DNA of 64,000 bases. Origin: Podarcis melisellensis (lineage: Eukaryota). Positions 25,736 through 39,303 of the stretch are shown piece by piece (the first letter of the stretch is position 1; each line of letters starts with the position of its first letter). The stretch lies in NCBI GenBank assembly GCA_964234715.1, contig OZ174280.1. One strand, written 5' to 3'. The translations under genes were made by a program, and so were the position numbers. The notes beneath the pieces were generated by a model. It was not told the DNA's origin, did no database searches, and saw only the letters and a list, made by a program, of their open reading frames with translations.

Positions 25736-27499
25736 AGTATACCTTTGCCTTGATATAACCTATCCCTGCCTACTCTCTGACCAGCAGTGATTCTTCAAGG
25801 GTTTCAGGCATAGCCCTTTCTCATTCCCTACTACCTAACATCTTTCAAAGCAGAGGCACCTAGGACAGAAACTAGAATCTTTTTAACAAACCTGGTGATG
25901 GAGACTGTGAGGGTGTGCATGCTCCTGTATTTATTTGTATCCACCACTCTCCATGAATGGTGGTAGCAGCTGTGAACAACTGATTAGAACTGATTAAAAT
26001 ACACCCCCATACCCTGAACACTTGGTTGTGAGCTCCAATCCACTTTAATCTGCCCCTGAAAAAGACAGCTTCATTGCTTCAAGGCAGGTGGTAGATACGC
26101 ATTCTGGTGCCATTTCCCCATATCTGCAGCACACTGGACTCGTTTCTCTAAGCTGAATGTGGCACTATAATCGGCTTTTGTGTGGCATAGAACCGTGCTC
26201 TGCAACAGGCGCCAGCATGACTCAGGGGTGGAATGTTTAATGCAAAAGGAGAATGAAGCTCCTTTTCTTCTCCCTGGTTGGGGACGCTTGGAGGCGACTG
26301 CCAGAGTCTGGAATGATCCTTCTAGCTTCAGATCTGGAGCTTGCCTTGCATGTTAAAAGCTGACAGACACTGCATTCGTGGCAAAACCAGGGTTAGCAGA
26401 CTGAAGTTCTGTAACACAGAGGAAAGACATGCTCCAAAATGGTCAGAGGAGGCAAACTCCTTCCCCAACATGCGGTGAGTCCTGGGGCAAGGATTGCAAA
26501 GGATTTCAGCATTATAGGGGGTAAGGATGATTCAACAAGCCTTGATTTTGTGTGAGGAACAGAGAAATGGATGTTCTGACCATCTGTCTGGTGAAAATGT
26601 CACATTTCTTTCATGTCAGATTATACAATACCAATTTGTCTATTTTCTGGACCTGGGGCACCTAGGCACACGTCACAGAATCATAAAGTTGGAAGGGACT
26701 GTAAAAGTCATCTAGTTAAAACTACCTGCCAATACAATGACTCCGCTGCAAACATTCGTGACATCCTCCTATCACTGCTTAAATGTCTCCAACAGAGGAA
26801 GAGTTTGCTACTGAGTCTCTGGGACTCAGCCATAAAGCTCGGTGGCTGACCTTGAGCCAGCCACTGTTTCTCAGCATAAGCATAAGCTCCTGCAGCCAAT
26901 TGGAAGCTCCGTCGGATGTTCAGCTTCCGAAAGAACATTCGAAAACCAGAACACTCACTTCCGGTTTTCGATTGTTTGGGAGCTGAAATGTTCAACTCCC
27001 AAGGTGTTCGGGAGCTGAGGTACGACTGTATCCTTTTTCTGAAGTGCAGTGCCCAAACCTGGATACAGATGGTGTCTGCCTAGTGCAGAATAAAATGAAA
27101 TGATTACAGTACTTCCCATGGCTTGGAAAACTTAGTTCAATGTAGCACAAAGTACCTCCCTGCATGAGCAGACAATTTTCTCTGGCACTCTTGGGAGTTT
27201 TCCCCCTCTCCTCCCCATCGACTGTACTCAGGGTTTCCCCAACCTTACAGAGCTGATTTGGGGACTGTGCTGGGCCTGCACAGGGGGACAGAGGAAGAGG
27301 AGTGCTATTGCACAAGCGGAAATCATTCCAGTCGTGCGTTATTTAGTTGAATATTGCCCTATAGTTACATTGAAACCCTTAAAATGGCATTACTTTTTTG
27401 AAGCCACATCACCCTGATGACTCACATTCAGTTTCTGACCAAGTACAATCCCAAGATCATTTCACATGTATTGCTGCCAAGCTACGTATCCCTCCTCCG

Positions 27500-28170
27500 C
27501 TGCAGATGTCAAATTTATTTTGAATTTTATTCCCATCTTGGAGGTGTAAAGCTATCCCTCCCAGTTTTGCACCATCTGCAAACTTGATGAGGAATTCCTC
27601 CATTCCTAAGTACCAGTAATTGACGAGAGAGAGAGAGAGCGAGAGAGAGAGAGAGAGAGAGTGTGTCCTGTGTTGCTCTGTCTCCCCCCCACTTAAACTT
27701 TGCTCCAATGTGATAAATGAGAAAGCTTTGGGTATCATTGGGCATCATTTCCCAACAGTTGTGACAATAGTATCAACTAGATCACATTTAACCAATTTGC
27801 TAACCAAAATATCATGGGGGAGTTTATCAAATGCTTTGCTGAACTCAAGATATACTATGACCACAACACATTCCAAAATCCACTAAACCAGTAAGCCAAT
27901 AAAAAAGAGAGATAAGATTAGTCTGGCATGATTACTTATTGACAAATCCATGCTGGTTCCTACCAACCACAACATTAACAAAAAGACTGAGTACTTTACA
28001 AACTGTTCTGGTTATCTTCCCTGGTATGAAAGTCAGGCTGACTAGTCTTCAGTTTGCTGGATCTTTCTTCCCACCCACACCCACCATCCCAATTTTCTGA
28101 AGATTGGGGCAGCATTTGCCCATCTCCAGTCATCTAGCACCTCACCTGCTGTCTAGGCTTTCTCAATTGG
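27500..28170 (-). mobile_element. Decayed CR1 RT fragment interrupted by (GA)n
   Basis: Minus-strand peptides IVYLEFSKAFD and LIKFADGAKLGG. Confidence 0.75.
27625..27661. repeat. (GA)n microsatellite, one interruption
   Basis: Direct reading. Confidence 0.97.
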
Positions 28171-28180
28171 GATAGTTATA

Positions 28181-28259
28181 CAGGGTGAGTCTTTTAAAAG
28201 AGGCCCTGTGGAACATGTGTACTCTGTATCGCCAGGCCTCTTTTAAAGGACTCACCCTG
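28181..28259. mobile_element. 79-bp mariner-type mini-MITE
   Basis: ~25-bp TIR CAGGGTGAGTC(T/C)TTTAAAAGAGGCC, TA on both flanks. Confidence 0.85.
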
Positions 28260-28442
28260 TATAAGTAATACCAAGAACACACTTATTCTTTTAGCTGAAG
28301 ACCACCAGCTATCAGGCAAATTTCAAGGATGAGTCACAGCTTGAGTCTGTGGGTGCTTCATCTGTCACAAGCTCCCCACTTCAAACAAATACAAACAGAA
28401 ACCAGTTTGTCAGAGCACATTATTTGTGATTGGTTATGGTAT

Positions 28443-29475
28443 GGACCCCTTTCATGGATCACTGCCTTGCCGCGGCGAAGGGGCTTGAATAACTCAGAGA
28501 AGCTATGAGCTATGCTGTGCAGGGCCTCCCAAGATGGACAGGTCATAGTGGAGAGTTTTGACCAAACGTGATCCACCTGGAGCAGGAACCGGCAAGCCAC
28601 TCCAGTATCCCTGCTAAGAAAACTCCATAGACAAAGACAACAGGCATATAAAAGTTATGACGCTGGAAGATGAACCCCTCAGGTCAGAAGGCGTCCAACA
28701 TGCTACTGAGGAAGAGCGGAGGACAAGTACAAGTAGATCCAGAGCTGATGAAGCGGCTGGGCCAAAGCCGAAAGGACGCTCAGTTGCGGATATGCCTGGA
28801 AGCGAAAGGAAAGTCCAATGCTGTAAAGAAAAATATTGCATAGGAACCTGGAATGTAAGAACCATGAACCTGGGTAAGTTGGAGGTGGTCAAAAATGAGA
28901 TGGCAAGAATAAATATTGACATCCTGGGCATCAGTGAACTAAAATGGACGGGAATGGGCGAATTCAGTTCGGATGACCATCACATCTACTACTGTGGGCA
29001 AGAAACCCATAAAATAAATGGAGTGGCCCTCATAGTCAACAAAAGAGTGGTGAAAGCTGTACTGGGATGTATTCTCAAAAATGATAGAATGATCTCAATA
29101 CGAATCCAAGGCAGACCTTTTAACATCACTGTAATCCAAGTTTATGCACCAACCACTGGTGCTGAAGAAACTGAAATTGACCAATTATATGAAGACTTAC
29201 AACACCTTATAGAAATGACACCAAAGAAGGATGTTCTTTTCATTATAGGGGATTGGAATGCTAAAGTAGGGAGTCAAGAGATAAAAGGAACAACTGGCAA
29301 GTTTGGCCTTGGAGTTCAAAACGAAGCAGGGCAAAGGTTAATAGAGTTCTGCCAAGAGAACAAGCTGGTCATCACAAACACTCTTTTCCAACAACTTAAG
29401 AGACGACTCTACACATGGACATCACCAGATGGGCAGCATCGAAATCAGATTGATTATATTCTCTGCAGCCAAAGA
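28443..29475 (+). mobile_element. RTE/BovB LINE fragment: 5' region plus AP-endonuclease domain, 3'-truncated
   Basis: ORF 28657-29616 has IGTWNVRTM, DILGISELKWTGMGEF, IQVYAPT, IIGDWNAKVG, YTWTSPDGQHRNQIDYILCSQR; similarity stops after CSQR; left limit approximate. Confidence 0.92.
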
Positions 29476-31644
29476 ATATCTGCAGCATATCTCATACAGC
29501 AATGGTGGACACATTCTTTGAGAGTTGATCCTTATGTAGCAAAATGGCACCATTCATTGAATGGGGAAACCCCAAGATTTGCAGAAGCACACAAGATATT
29601 GGGAGGGGGAGACTGACTTGGAATGATGACTGACTTGGTGGAAGATGAGGAGGGAATGGAGTGTCCTGAATGTTTTGTTGCTGGTCCCACTTGTTACTAT
29701 TATGACATTTTACACAGGAGTAGCCAATGGGATGCCTCCCCGATGTCACTGGACTCCAAATCCCATCAGCCTCAGCTAGAATTGCCAATGGCCAGGGATT
29801 GCTTTATTTAGAGAGATTTATCAACCACTTAATCAAAGAGCTCTCCACGGAAACAGTTAAAACCCACAAAACCAGTTAAAAAACAAAAGTGAAGATTATT
29901 ATTAAAATATAGATAAAAACAGTAAAATATGGGTAACTAAAATATACTGTATGTGTCCAAAACTATACAGCAAAGGTTCCTGCTTAAGTTCTCATAGTAA
30001 GTGATAAGAAAGGCACATACGCTGCCACACAAAAAAAGATCAAGTCCTCATTAATTAATAATTCTGTGGCACTTGTAAATTGGGCATTCTGCAGATTGAA
30101 GGGTTGGAGTAGGCCCATCACTTACTCAAGTGAACCATTGAGTAAATCAGTCGAAAGCTGTTAAGTGCTTTATATACTAATAGCAAAACTTTAATAAATA
30201 ATAATAATATTTTTATTATTTATATCCCACTCTCCCCAGCCAAAGCTGGGTTCAGAGTGGCTAACAACAGTAAAAATAGCACAGTTTACATAAAATCACA
30301 GTCAATTAATTAAAATACATTCTAAAATCAATTCAGAATCAAATTAATGGCAACCATTGGGCTAGAGTTCTATGAGGATTACAGAAGGAGGGGGTCAGAC
30401 TGTGCCTTGGCCAAAGGAACAGCTCTGTCTTGCAGGCCCTACAGAAAGATGTCAACTTTGAACTTGGCCTGGTAACTAATCAGCAACCAGCACTGATCTC
30501 TGAGCAGGAGTGCAATATGATGACGGACTCTCACTCCTGTCAGCAATTGTGCTGCAACTTTCTCTATAAACTACTCTTAGATCAACAGCGAGGGAAGCCC
30601 CATATAAAGTGCAATGCAGTAATTCAATCTACAGGTGCCACATAATACCTGTTCCACATTGGTAAGAACTTCATCGTTTAGTGTGGCAGCACCTGCACTT
30701 TAGGACTCGTTGCCTATTGAGTTCACCAATCTCGCCCCAAATGGGCGCCAATGGCGGCACCGCTTCTCCACTACCAGCACTGGCAGAGGCGGCAAGGCAG
30801 GCTGGTGGCCCATGGGGATGCCACCTCAGGGGCAGCAACCTCACCCTGCCTTATGAGCTGATCTGGCTCTGGGTGGAGTCCAACAATATTGAGAGGGCAT
30901 CACTTTTACTGCCCCTGTTCTGTGCTTACTAGTTTCTTGTGTTCCTTACTTTCCCACTGCCATGCATCAAACTGTAACCTAAGGGAGCTAGGCCTAAACT
31001 TGGGTTAATAGTAGCATTGGAATTTAAAACATTCTGATCAGTTTAAAAAAAGGTGCCTCTGATAAACCAGGAAACACATTTTAAAATTAGGTGTTTTTTT
31101 TGTAAAAGTACTTATAAAAACTGCACATGGCAACCACCATTCTAGAAAAGGCATTCCCTCTAGTGAGTGAGAGGAGGAAAAGGCAAAATCTGTCCAAGAT
31201 ATTTCCTGCAATACACACGCACCACTTACAGAACAAACAATTTATTTAGATTCATTGTGTTCTTCTTATATGCAAATTTAAAATAAACTACGATCTATAC
31301 AATTAAGTGACTATGATTTCACTAATCAGGTATTGCCCTAGTTAACAGTAAATTAAAGCCTACTTGGCTTTCCCACTATAATTTTGCTGCAAGATAAAAG
31401 GTTTTTTTAAAAAAAAAAAAACCACTGATGAGTTAGATCAGAAGATTCATAAGCTGCAAAAACTACTGGATTTTAAAAGGAGGAAAGTTCAAATCACGTG
31501 AAAACTGCCTTGTTGCAACATGCAAAGCTTAAGGAGACACAGCGGCAACAGTAAGGTGGCTCCCTGCCTGCAAAAAAATCCCCCTTACTAAACAGCCCAG
31601 GAAGCCACAAACGCAGTTGCAACCTCTGTTCGCATAGACTTTGC

Positions 31645-31791
31645 CAGTGGTGTAGCGTGGGGGGTGCAGGGGGGGCATGCCGCACCGGGCGCAGCATCTG
31701 GGGGTTAAGGTTAGGGGGCGCAAATCCACGGGTTAGGGGGCGCAAATTACTTGCCTTGCCCCGGGTGCTGACAACCCACGCTACGCTACTG
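31645..31791. mobile_element. hAT MITE
   Basis: TIR CAGTGGTGTAGCGTGGG / CCCACGCTACGCTACTG; TSD GACTTTGC/AACTTTGC. Confidence 0.85.
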
Positions 31792-32340
31792 AACTTTGCT
31801 ATAATGTTGGCTCTAAAAATTTATTAGTGAACCTGCTATGAGAAAAGGGCTCTAGAGGTAAGCAGACTGGGACATGCAGTTTTAAATAGGTGATAATTTT
31901 GATAAGTGAAAGAATTGGCAGCTCAAGCCTTACTCAAAACCCCATACTTCGCTCTTGAAGTCCTGGTCACTTAAAAGCAGATGTTGGAAAAAAGGCATTC
32001 TGCACAAGCAGAGAGACACTCATATTCTTAACACTGACTGCATTCCCATGTAATATTTTCTGACTTATTGTGGCTTACTGTAAGTGAGCAACATGCTGGT
32101 ACGTGCTGCCCAATTGCTTCCACTCTGCTTACCCCCTGGCATGAGCAGAACAAACAAACCAGGAAGCTTTGGCTTTCCATTAAAATCAAACCAGGGGTCA
32201 TATTTTGCTGTTCCCTCAGAAGCCAATGCCAGCAAGTCAACAACAGGCCATGTTTTAAGGTTAGCTAATGATCATGGCTTGTTCAAGAGAAACAATCCAC
32301 AATACCTGGTTCAGACATAATAGGATACAAAGGTTTTCTA

Positions 32341-32911
32341 CATAGCTGTCAAGTGTCCCTTATTTGAAAGGACAGTCCCTTATTCCAGCACCATGTCCCG
32401 CTGCTGTCCCTTATTGATGGATGTCCCTTAAATGTCCCTTAAATGATGTCCCTTAAATTTCAAAGGAAGCAGCTCCTCTCTCTCCCTCCCTCCCTGGCGG
32501 CCAGGGAGGAGGGAGGCTCCAACTGTGTTGCTTGGCTGTGTTGCTCACCCAATAAGAAGTCTAAGAACGACTGGGGGGTGGAGCTTGCATGCCTTGTGTG
32601 GCTAGTTAATGCAAGCTGAGGAGGTTTTTGAATGCTGGACGCCATTTTGTTGCATGTGCTGCTGCAAACTTTGCAGTGCAAAGCCAGGCCGGGGAGCCAT
32701 CTTAAGCTGAGGCTGCATAGGCCTTGTGGTGCATGTGATTCAGATTCTATTCAGTTGAACCTCTGGTTACAAAGTTGGTGGAGCTACCAGCATGAGTTTG
32801 ACCAGACTGCAGGAGGACAGGAAGACTTGAGTGCCTGGAACAGGTGAAGCTGCAGGTCCCTTATTTTGGCTGCTGGTCCCTTATTTTCAAATCTGTAAGT
32901 TGACAGCTATG
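32341..32911. mobile_element. 571-bp non-autonomous hAT-type element
   Basis: TIR CATAGCTGTCAA, perfect TSD GTTTTCTA, subterminal GTCCCTTA repeats. Confidence 0.9.
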
Positions 32912-33563
32912 GTTTTCTAGTTTGCTTATTTTGCTCTTCCAGACTAAGAGCAAAGCAAAAACAACCAGGCAGGGTGCACTAGCACACTGCTCAATCACAG
33001 TAAACTAAGGTAAATTAGAAAATCTGGCTTATTGCTATGTTCAAACATGGCCACTGTAGGTCCCTCACCTGATGATTGGCTTTGAAAACAGGTTAAATCC
33101 ATTGACAAGTCAAGAGGTACACTTTCGGTTTTATCACGGAAGAGACCATAAGCAGAACATATTATTTCCATGCAGAAGGTACTCTGTTTGAATGCCTGGT
33201 ACTTCCAGTTTTCTTATCACATAGTAAGTGATGAGAAAGGCCTCTTCCTGAACCCTTAGAGGGACATTGCCAGTCAAAAGTAGAAAACACTGGCCTAGCT
33301 GGACAAACAATCTGACACATCATGAAGCATCTTTTAGAGCAGATTTGGGGACCCACAGGTTGAGAACCGCTGTTTGAGAGAATGATGGAAGTAGTCATCT
33401 CCTGTTTGTTCTTAGAATATAGTCCAATGTGGCTAATTTGTTGCCCTCAAAGAGTTATTAGACTACAACTCCCATCATCTGTGAGGCTCATGGGAGCTGT
33501 AGTCCAACACCATCTCAAGTGACACAGGTTAGCCATCCCCCTGGTCTAAGGCAGACCTCAGAG

Positions 33564-33565
<2 letters not shown>

Positions 33566-33633
<68 letters not shown>
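33566..33633. repeat. (AAT)n microsatellite, expanded L2 tail
   Basis: Direct reading. Confidence 0.98.
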
Positions 33634-34290
33634 TTATTATTTATACCCCGCCCATCTGGCTGGGCCTCCCCAGCCACTCTGGGCGGCTTCCATAAAAACA
33701 AAAAATACAGTAAAATATCACACGTTAAAAACTTCCCTGAACAGGGCTGCCTTAAGATGTCTTCTGAATGTCAGGTAGTTGTTTATCGCTTTGACATCTG
33801 CTGGAAGGGCGTTCCACAAGGCGGGCGCCACTACCGAGAAGGCCCTCTGCCTGGTTCCCTGTAGCTTTGCTTCTCGCAATGAGGGAACCGCCAGAAGGCC
33901 CTCGGCACTGGACCTCAGCGTCCGGGCAGAATGATGGGGGTGGAGACGCTCCTTCAGGTATACTGGACCGAGGCTGTTTAGGGCTTTAAAGGTCAGCACC
34001 AACACTTTGAATTGTGCTCGGAAACATACTGGGAGCCAATGTAGGTCTTTCAAGACCGGTGTTATATGGTCTCGGCGGCCGCTCCCTGTCACCAGTCTAG
34101 CTGCCGCATTCTGGATTAGTTGTAGTTTCCGAGTCACCTTCAAAGGTAGCCCCACGTAGAGTGCATTGCAGTAGTCCAAGCGGGAGATAACCAGAGCATG
34201 CACCACTCTGGCGAGACAGTCTACAGGCAGATAGGGTCTCAGCCTGCGTACCAGATGGAGTTGGTAAACAGCTGCCCTGGACACAGATAC
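33566..34290 (-). mobile_element. Young 5'-truncated L2-clade LINE (ORF2 C-terminus, 3'UTR, (TAT)n tail)
   Basis: Intact frame HALVISRLDYCNALYVGLP...QNAAARLVTG...HITPVLKDLHWLP; (AAT)n at 33566-33633. Confidence 0.92.
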
Positions 34291-37246
34291 ACCACCACTG
34301 AACATTCCAGCAGCTAAGCTATAACTATAGCCATGAAATTATCAATCATGGATTTGTTCAGTTGTGTGCAAACTTGAGTTTGGTTTTGTAATAGATTTTT
34401 TTTAAAAGAATCATTTTTTTAATGGCACTATCTTAAGCATGTTTACTCAAAAGTAATCTCTATCGAGTTCAACAGGTCTTATTCCATAGTAAGCATGCTT
34501 AGGACAGCAGTCTCAGAGTAGTAGCCATAATCTCAACTCATGGCCATAAGTACTTTGTAAGCTCAGCAGCATTTATCACCAAGTTGTGAGCATTGCTTTA
34601 ACCATGGAAGTACAGCATACTCAAATGCAGCGCTGCAGCAAACAATCTTACAGGAATCAGGGGTTCATTATAGCCACCAAGTTCAAATTTACTCCACGTG
34701 GATTTCTAAGGTCTCCAGTCAACTCAAAAAATATTTTACCTATGAGCACCAGCTCTGAAATCACCAGGTTTCACAGATGCACAATCCTAACCACGTAGAT
34801 TTCTAAAGAAGCAAGAGCTGTATGCAACTAAACAGGAAGAAAAATCTTATTGCTGACACTGGAACCATCATTTCTGCATACCCACAGGAAACATATCTGT
34901 GAGGCACAGCACAACCATAAATGGGGGGCGGGGAAGCACCACAAAAAGGAGCCTATTTACGTTATCAGATACTTCGAATTGCCACTTTCCTCTTCAGCAG
35001 GGCTCCTGCACTTTTAACAGCTGCATAGCAGGTGAACAAATGAGTGGCACTCACTGTATCCCCATGCTGAGAAAACTATCACCTATTGCAGCAGTTGCCT
35101 TCTAGACGTTACTGGACCACAGCTTCCATAATCTGACCACTGGCCAATATATATCAGTTTACCACAATTCTGTAGGCACAGTAAAAGCCGCATAAAAATT
35201 TGAAATCACAGATCTTCAACTGTTTCAGAGATATAAGGGTTCAGGCAGTCCCTGAACCTAATTTGTTTAAGGCTTTGTGAATGAATATCAGTATCTTGAA
35301 TCTGGCTTGGTAGTAAATATCCCTACCAGATATATTGAATGCTGATGTGTTTTTAATTTATTGAGTTTTATTTTTTATTGTTTTTATTGCTTTTAATAAT
35401 AATATTGTGGTTTTATTGTTTTTATAAACTGCTTTGAAGTTTTCTACCATCAAGCAGTATATAGATTTTATGAAATAAATAAAATAAATGGCCAGCCCGT
35501 GCAGACATTTTAACAACGGTGTCACATTTTGTCAGCCAGGTGCCCCCAGCAGTAGTCTGGCTGCTACATTCTGTATCAGTTGGGAGTTTTCAAACCAGGC
35601 AAAAGGGGAGCCCCACACAGAATGCACACTCATTTTTTTCTTCCACTGTTGAAGAAACTACTCTAAAGGTAAAGGAATTAGTAAGATGAGAGGCAACTGA
35701 GTCCTGCTGGTTAAGTATACGGTGTTATTCGGTTACTCACAGTACCTATTTTACATTATCATCTGTATTAAAATGCTCCAAAAGGTCCTTAATTTCAGTG
35801 ACTTTACTCACACAAAATGAGCACCACATTCACATAAAAGTACCGTAGTTAAAGCACCAACACTGGCACATGTGTAAAACAATGCTATAAATAGTTAACA
35901 ACACTGTCTAATTATGTACAAAAAAATGGTTCTTAAACTTTCTGGGGTCGTTGGATCCCTTTGAAAATCTGGTGAAAGCTCTGGAACCCCTCCCCATATT
36001 TTTTTCCACAAAGACTTTTTTCAATGTAGCAGGAAGGAAATTAAAAACTGAATATTTTTATGTACCCAGTTCACAGACCCCCTGAAGCTCATCCATGGAC
36101 TTCCTAGGGATCCATGGACCATTGTTTAAAACCCCCTGATGTACAGCACATATGTTCTAAGTGTTTTTAAGTAAAGGCAATGTAGCCAACAACTAGGGAT
36201 GGTGTTGCAGTGGATTTCCTGTGTTGGGGGGTTGACCTAGTTACTAGATATACTTTGAGGGTTTTTCCTGCTCTACAATATCCTTCGAACAGGGACTTCA
36301 GACCACATGTGTGTTTCAGACCACATGTAATAATCCCTCAGGCACACCTGTATTTCTTGGCCACGAAACTGGCTCTACATACTCATTGGTTTTCATCAAT
36401 AGTGATTTTCCAGAAAAAGTCCAAACATTTCCTGGAAATATTTTCAACACCACCCTCAATTAACTGAGATCTGATTTAACATTTGACTTAGATTTAATAA
36501 ATGAAATTTTAAAATGCACGTCATGTTACTGTTATGTGCTGCATATAGCCAAATGTAACTCAACTATAAGGGTGGGGGAGATCTAAACACACTTACTGGG
36601 GAACAATATCCATTGAATAGGGTAGCACTTAATTCTAGGTAAAAAAAGAACAGAATGGTGCTGTTAGTGTGGTTTAAAAGGATCCACTCTATTTCTGTGA
36701 TTGTGATCTGTTTTAACTGTTTTAAATTCTGAATTTTAGACTGTGGTAATCCACTTTGGGACCTGCTGGAGAAGGGAAAGTAATAATAATGATAATAATA
36801 GAGGAGGCAAAAGAGGGAGAGGATACATTATTATTGTAATTATTATTTATTTATTAAATTTATAAACAGAGGTAGCAGAAGACATAAACATTAATTTTAG
36901 TATGCCTGAAAAACCATGTGCATAAAAGTATCTGCATTCTATGGATAGTCACTTGAAAGGAGTTAATTACAACTTCAATTCTTGATTTGACTGGGATTAT
37001 ATCCATTCCAGCTATCCAATTTGACTGGTATTGTATCCATTATGGTAGTAATTACATTTACAAAACACTGCATTTCTAAAAATTAAACGTTTTCAATGGA
37101 AAAAGTATAGCTGAATAAAATTTTCCAGCCCACTGATCATTACAAACAATTAAATATTCTGCTGTATTACAGATGTATACCAAAAGGCACAGATTCCACT
37201 GCTTAAGCACACCCCCCAAGGGACTGCTTTACCTGTGCTCATAAAC

Positions 37247-37382
37247 CAGGCATGGCCAAACTTGGCCCTCCAGATGTTTTGGGACCACAACTCCCATCAT
37301 CCCTAGCTAACAGGACCAGTGGTCAGGGATGGTTGGAATTGTAGCCCCAAAACATCTGGAGGGCCAAGTTTGGCCCTGCCTG
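37247..37382. mobile_element. Palindromic hAT MITE, related family
   Basis: TIR CAGGCA(T/G)GGCCAAACTTGGCCCTCCAGATGTTTTGGG, perfect TSD TCATAAAC. Confidence 0.9.
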
Positions 37383-39069
37383 TCATAAACTGTAGCAATG
37401 TAATTATGATGTGTAAAAAGTAACCACAAAAAATGCTTTTGCTTATAAATATACTGTGCTTTTGCAGCGTTTAAACCAAGGAGTGGAAGTTGCTAACACA
37501 AGCACACAACCCCTTTTTGCTCTCAGCAAGATTCCATGAAGAAATGGCAGTGATGTAATTCTTGCAATGGCTCAATGCTGCTGTTTGTTTTGCTCTTCAC
37601 CCTTCCCGCCTTGCAAGGCCAGCGTGTGCAAATAAACACAGAGAGGCCCTCATCAGTGCTCCTTTTCATACTAGACGCTTTTGCTTTTTTAAAAAGCAAA
37701 CAAGCAAATACTTTCTCAAAAGTCATGTACAGCTGCGCAGTTAAATCTAAGGCTTAGTCTGAGGCTGCTAGAAACACGTTTTAAAAAAAAAGAAAGAATT
37801 TTCCCCCAGGCTGGTTCCAAGTGTCCTGTCCTGGGTAAAGCGTGGCCAATCATGATGAACTTTGGGGTAAGGTGCAAAAATCCGAGAAGGGACTTAAGTG
37901 TAAGGCTATAACAAACCTTCATTGGAAAGTTATTATTACACAGCCTATTTGCAGGAGCAAAAACACATCGAAGACACTGGCATTGCTGGGTAAACTCTAA
38001 GATGCAATAAAAAAAACAGAGCAGCAGCAACAGCAACGTGGGAGTTCTCTGCAAACAGTTGGGGATGCCGGGCAGCTGTCCAGCATTTACATTCATTTGG
38101 CACGGCTCAGGGGCTAAGGATGGTGGTCCAGAGGGGGCAAAACAGTTTCCCCACTAGTTCAGCCGCCACTTTATGTAAGAGCAGTTCAGGAAGCCAGCCT
38201 CAGCCTTTATCACTTACGCTCATCGGCTTGTGTTGATTTCACAAGGTGTCGCCACTATTTGCATCAAGCGTTCCTCAGATCTTTTCTGCCCTACTTTGGC
38301 TGGGCTTGCATGCATTTGCATCTCATCTGCCATCTCCCCCGCTCCGAAAACTGTGATTAAGCAAATCCCAGCGTCCACATTGTAATTCAAAGCACCGCCT
38401 TTGTTGCTATTTCAAAGTTTACAAGGAAGGAGAGTTTTGCTCTTCTTCATTTTGCTCCTTTAAAGAAAGCGAGTCTTGTCTACTCAGCAGAAGATCTGTC
38501 ATGCCCACCCAACAAGATTACTGCGAAGGAGAGAGAGAAAGAAATGCTTCTTGTAAATGGGGGGGGGGGGAAGAACCCACATTCTGCACAACCTTTGCCC
38601 CATTTTAAAAGCAGCCAGCTATGAGATCGGTAGAGAGCGTGGGTAGGAACGCTGCATTTGCAACCAGCTGCCTCGGAAAAGGGTAGAGGAAATTCAACAG
38701 GAAGAAGGCAAATGTCTATTTCTAACACGCACATGCTTACACACCCCAATGCAGAGAAAGGGGGAAGGCATACTTAAAAGACCAGAACATTTAAGTGCAT
38801 AATGTTTATCCCTTCCCTTTATCTAAAAAAGAGAAGAACACGACTCCTTAGACACCCCCCGCCTTCACGAGCAATCCCACAACCCTAAGTCGCCACCACA
38901 GCTGTGAGGGGGGGTTCTTTTCTTTTCGCTCCCGAAGTTGCCCTCCGGCTCCCAAAGCGCCGGCAGCCCTGCTGGGGACAGGCGGAGTGCGCGCCCCAAG
39001 CCCGCCGCGGGCTCTGAGGGAAAAGGCAGCCGCCGCCTTCTCTCTCTCCCTCGCCCCGCTTCCACTTAC

Positions 39070-39165
39070 TTTCAGCTGAGATTTGGACACTTTGCCGCTC
39101 TTCTCCGCGTCCAAGGCGGTGAAGGCGTACCAGATGGACTTGAGAAGCTCGGCTCGCAACTCCAT
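39070..39165 (-). CDS. DEF6: DEF6 coding exon 1 ([32 protein letters not shown])
   Basis: ATG in strong context gccATGg; 96 bp; donor AAA|gtaagt. Confidence 0.95.
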
Positions 39166-39259
39166 GGCTCGAGCGCCCCGCGGACAGAGTCTGCTGGCTC
39201 GGCGAGGAGGATCCTCCCTCGGGCCGCTCAGGAAACGCGCCGCTTTTGCGCCGCGCAGC

Positions 39260-39303
39260 CGGCAGCGAGGGCGCCCTGCATCGGCAGCGAGGGCGCCCTG
39301 CAT
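39260..39303. repeat. Perfect 22-bp tandem duplication CGGCAGCGAGGGCGCCCTGCAT x2
   Basis: Direct reading. Confidence 0.97.

Larger units (their letters stand above)
1..39165 (-). other. DEF6: DEF6 (SLAT/IBP, SWAP70-family guanine nucleotide exchange factor) gene span, 5' part; exons 1-8, continues beyond left edge
   Basis: Eight GT-AG exons join in frame to [19 protein letters not shown]...EF-hand-like N-terminus, PH domain ([18 protein letters not shown]), coiled coil. Adjacency to ZNF76 and SCUBE3 favours DEF6 over SWAP70. Confidence 0.95.

Noticed and set aside
28657-29616. 319-aa ORF as a domesticated nuclease gene
   Set aside because: It is a BovB fragment lacking the C-terminal SDH motif, with a read-through tail and no evidence of host exaptation.
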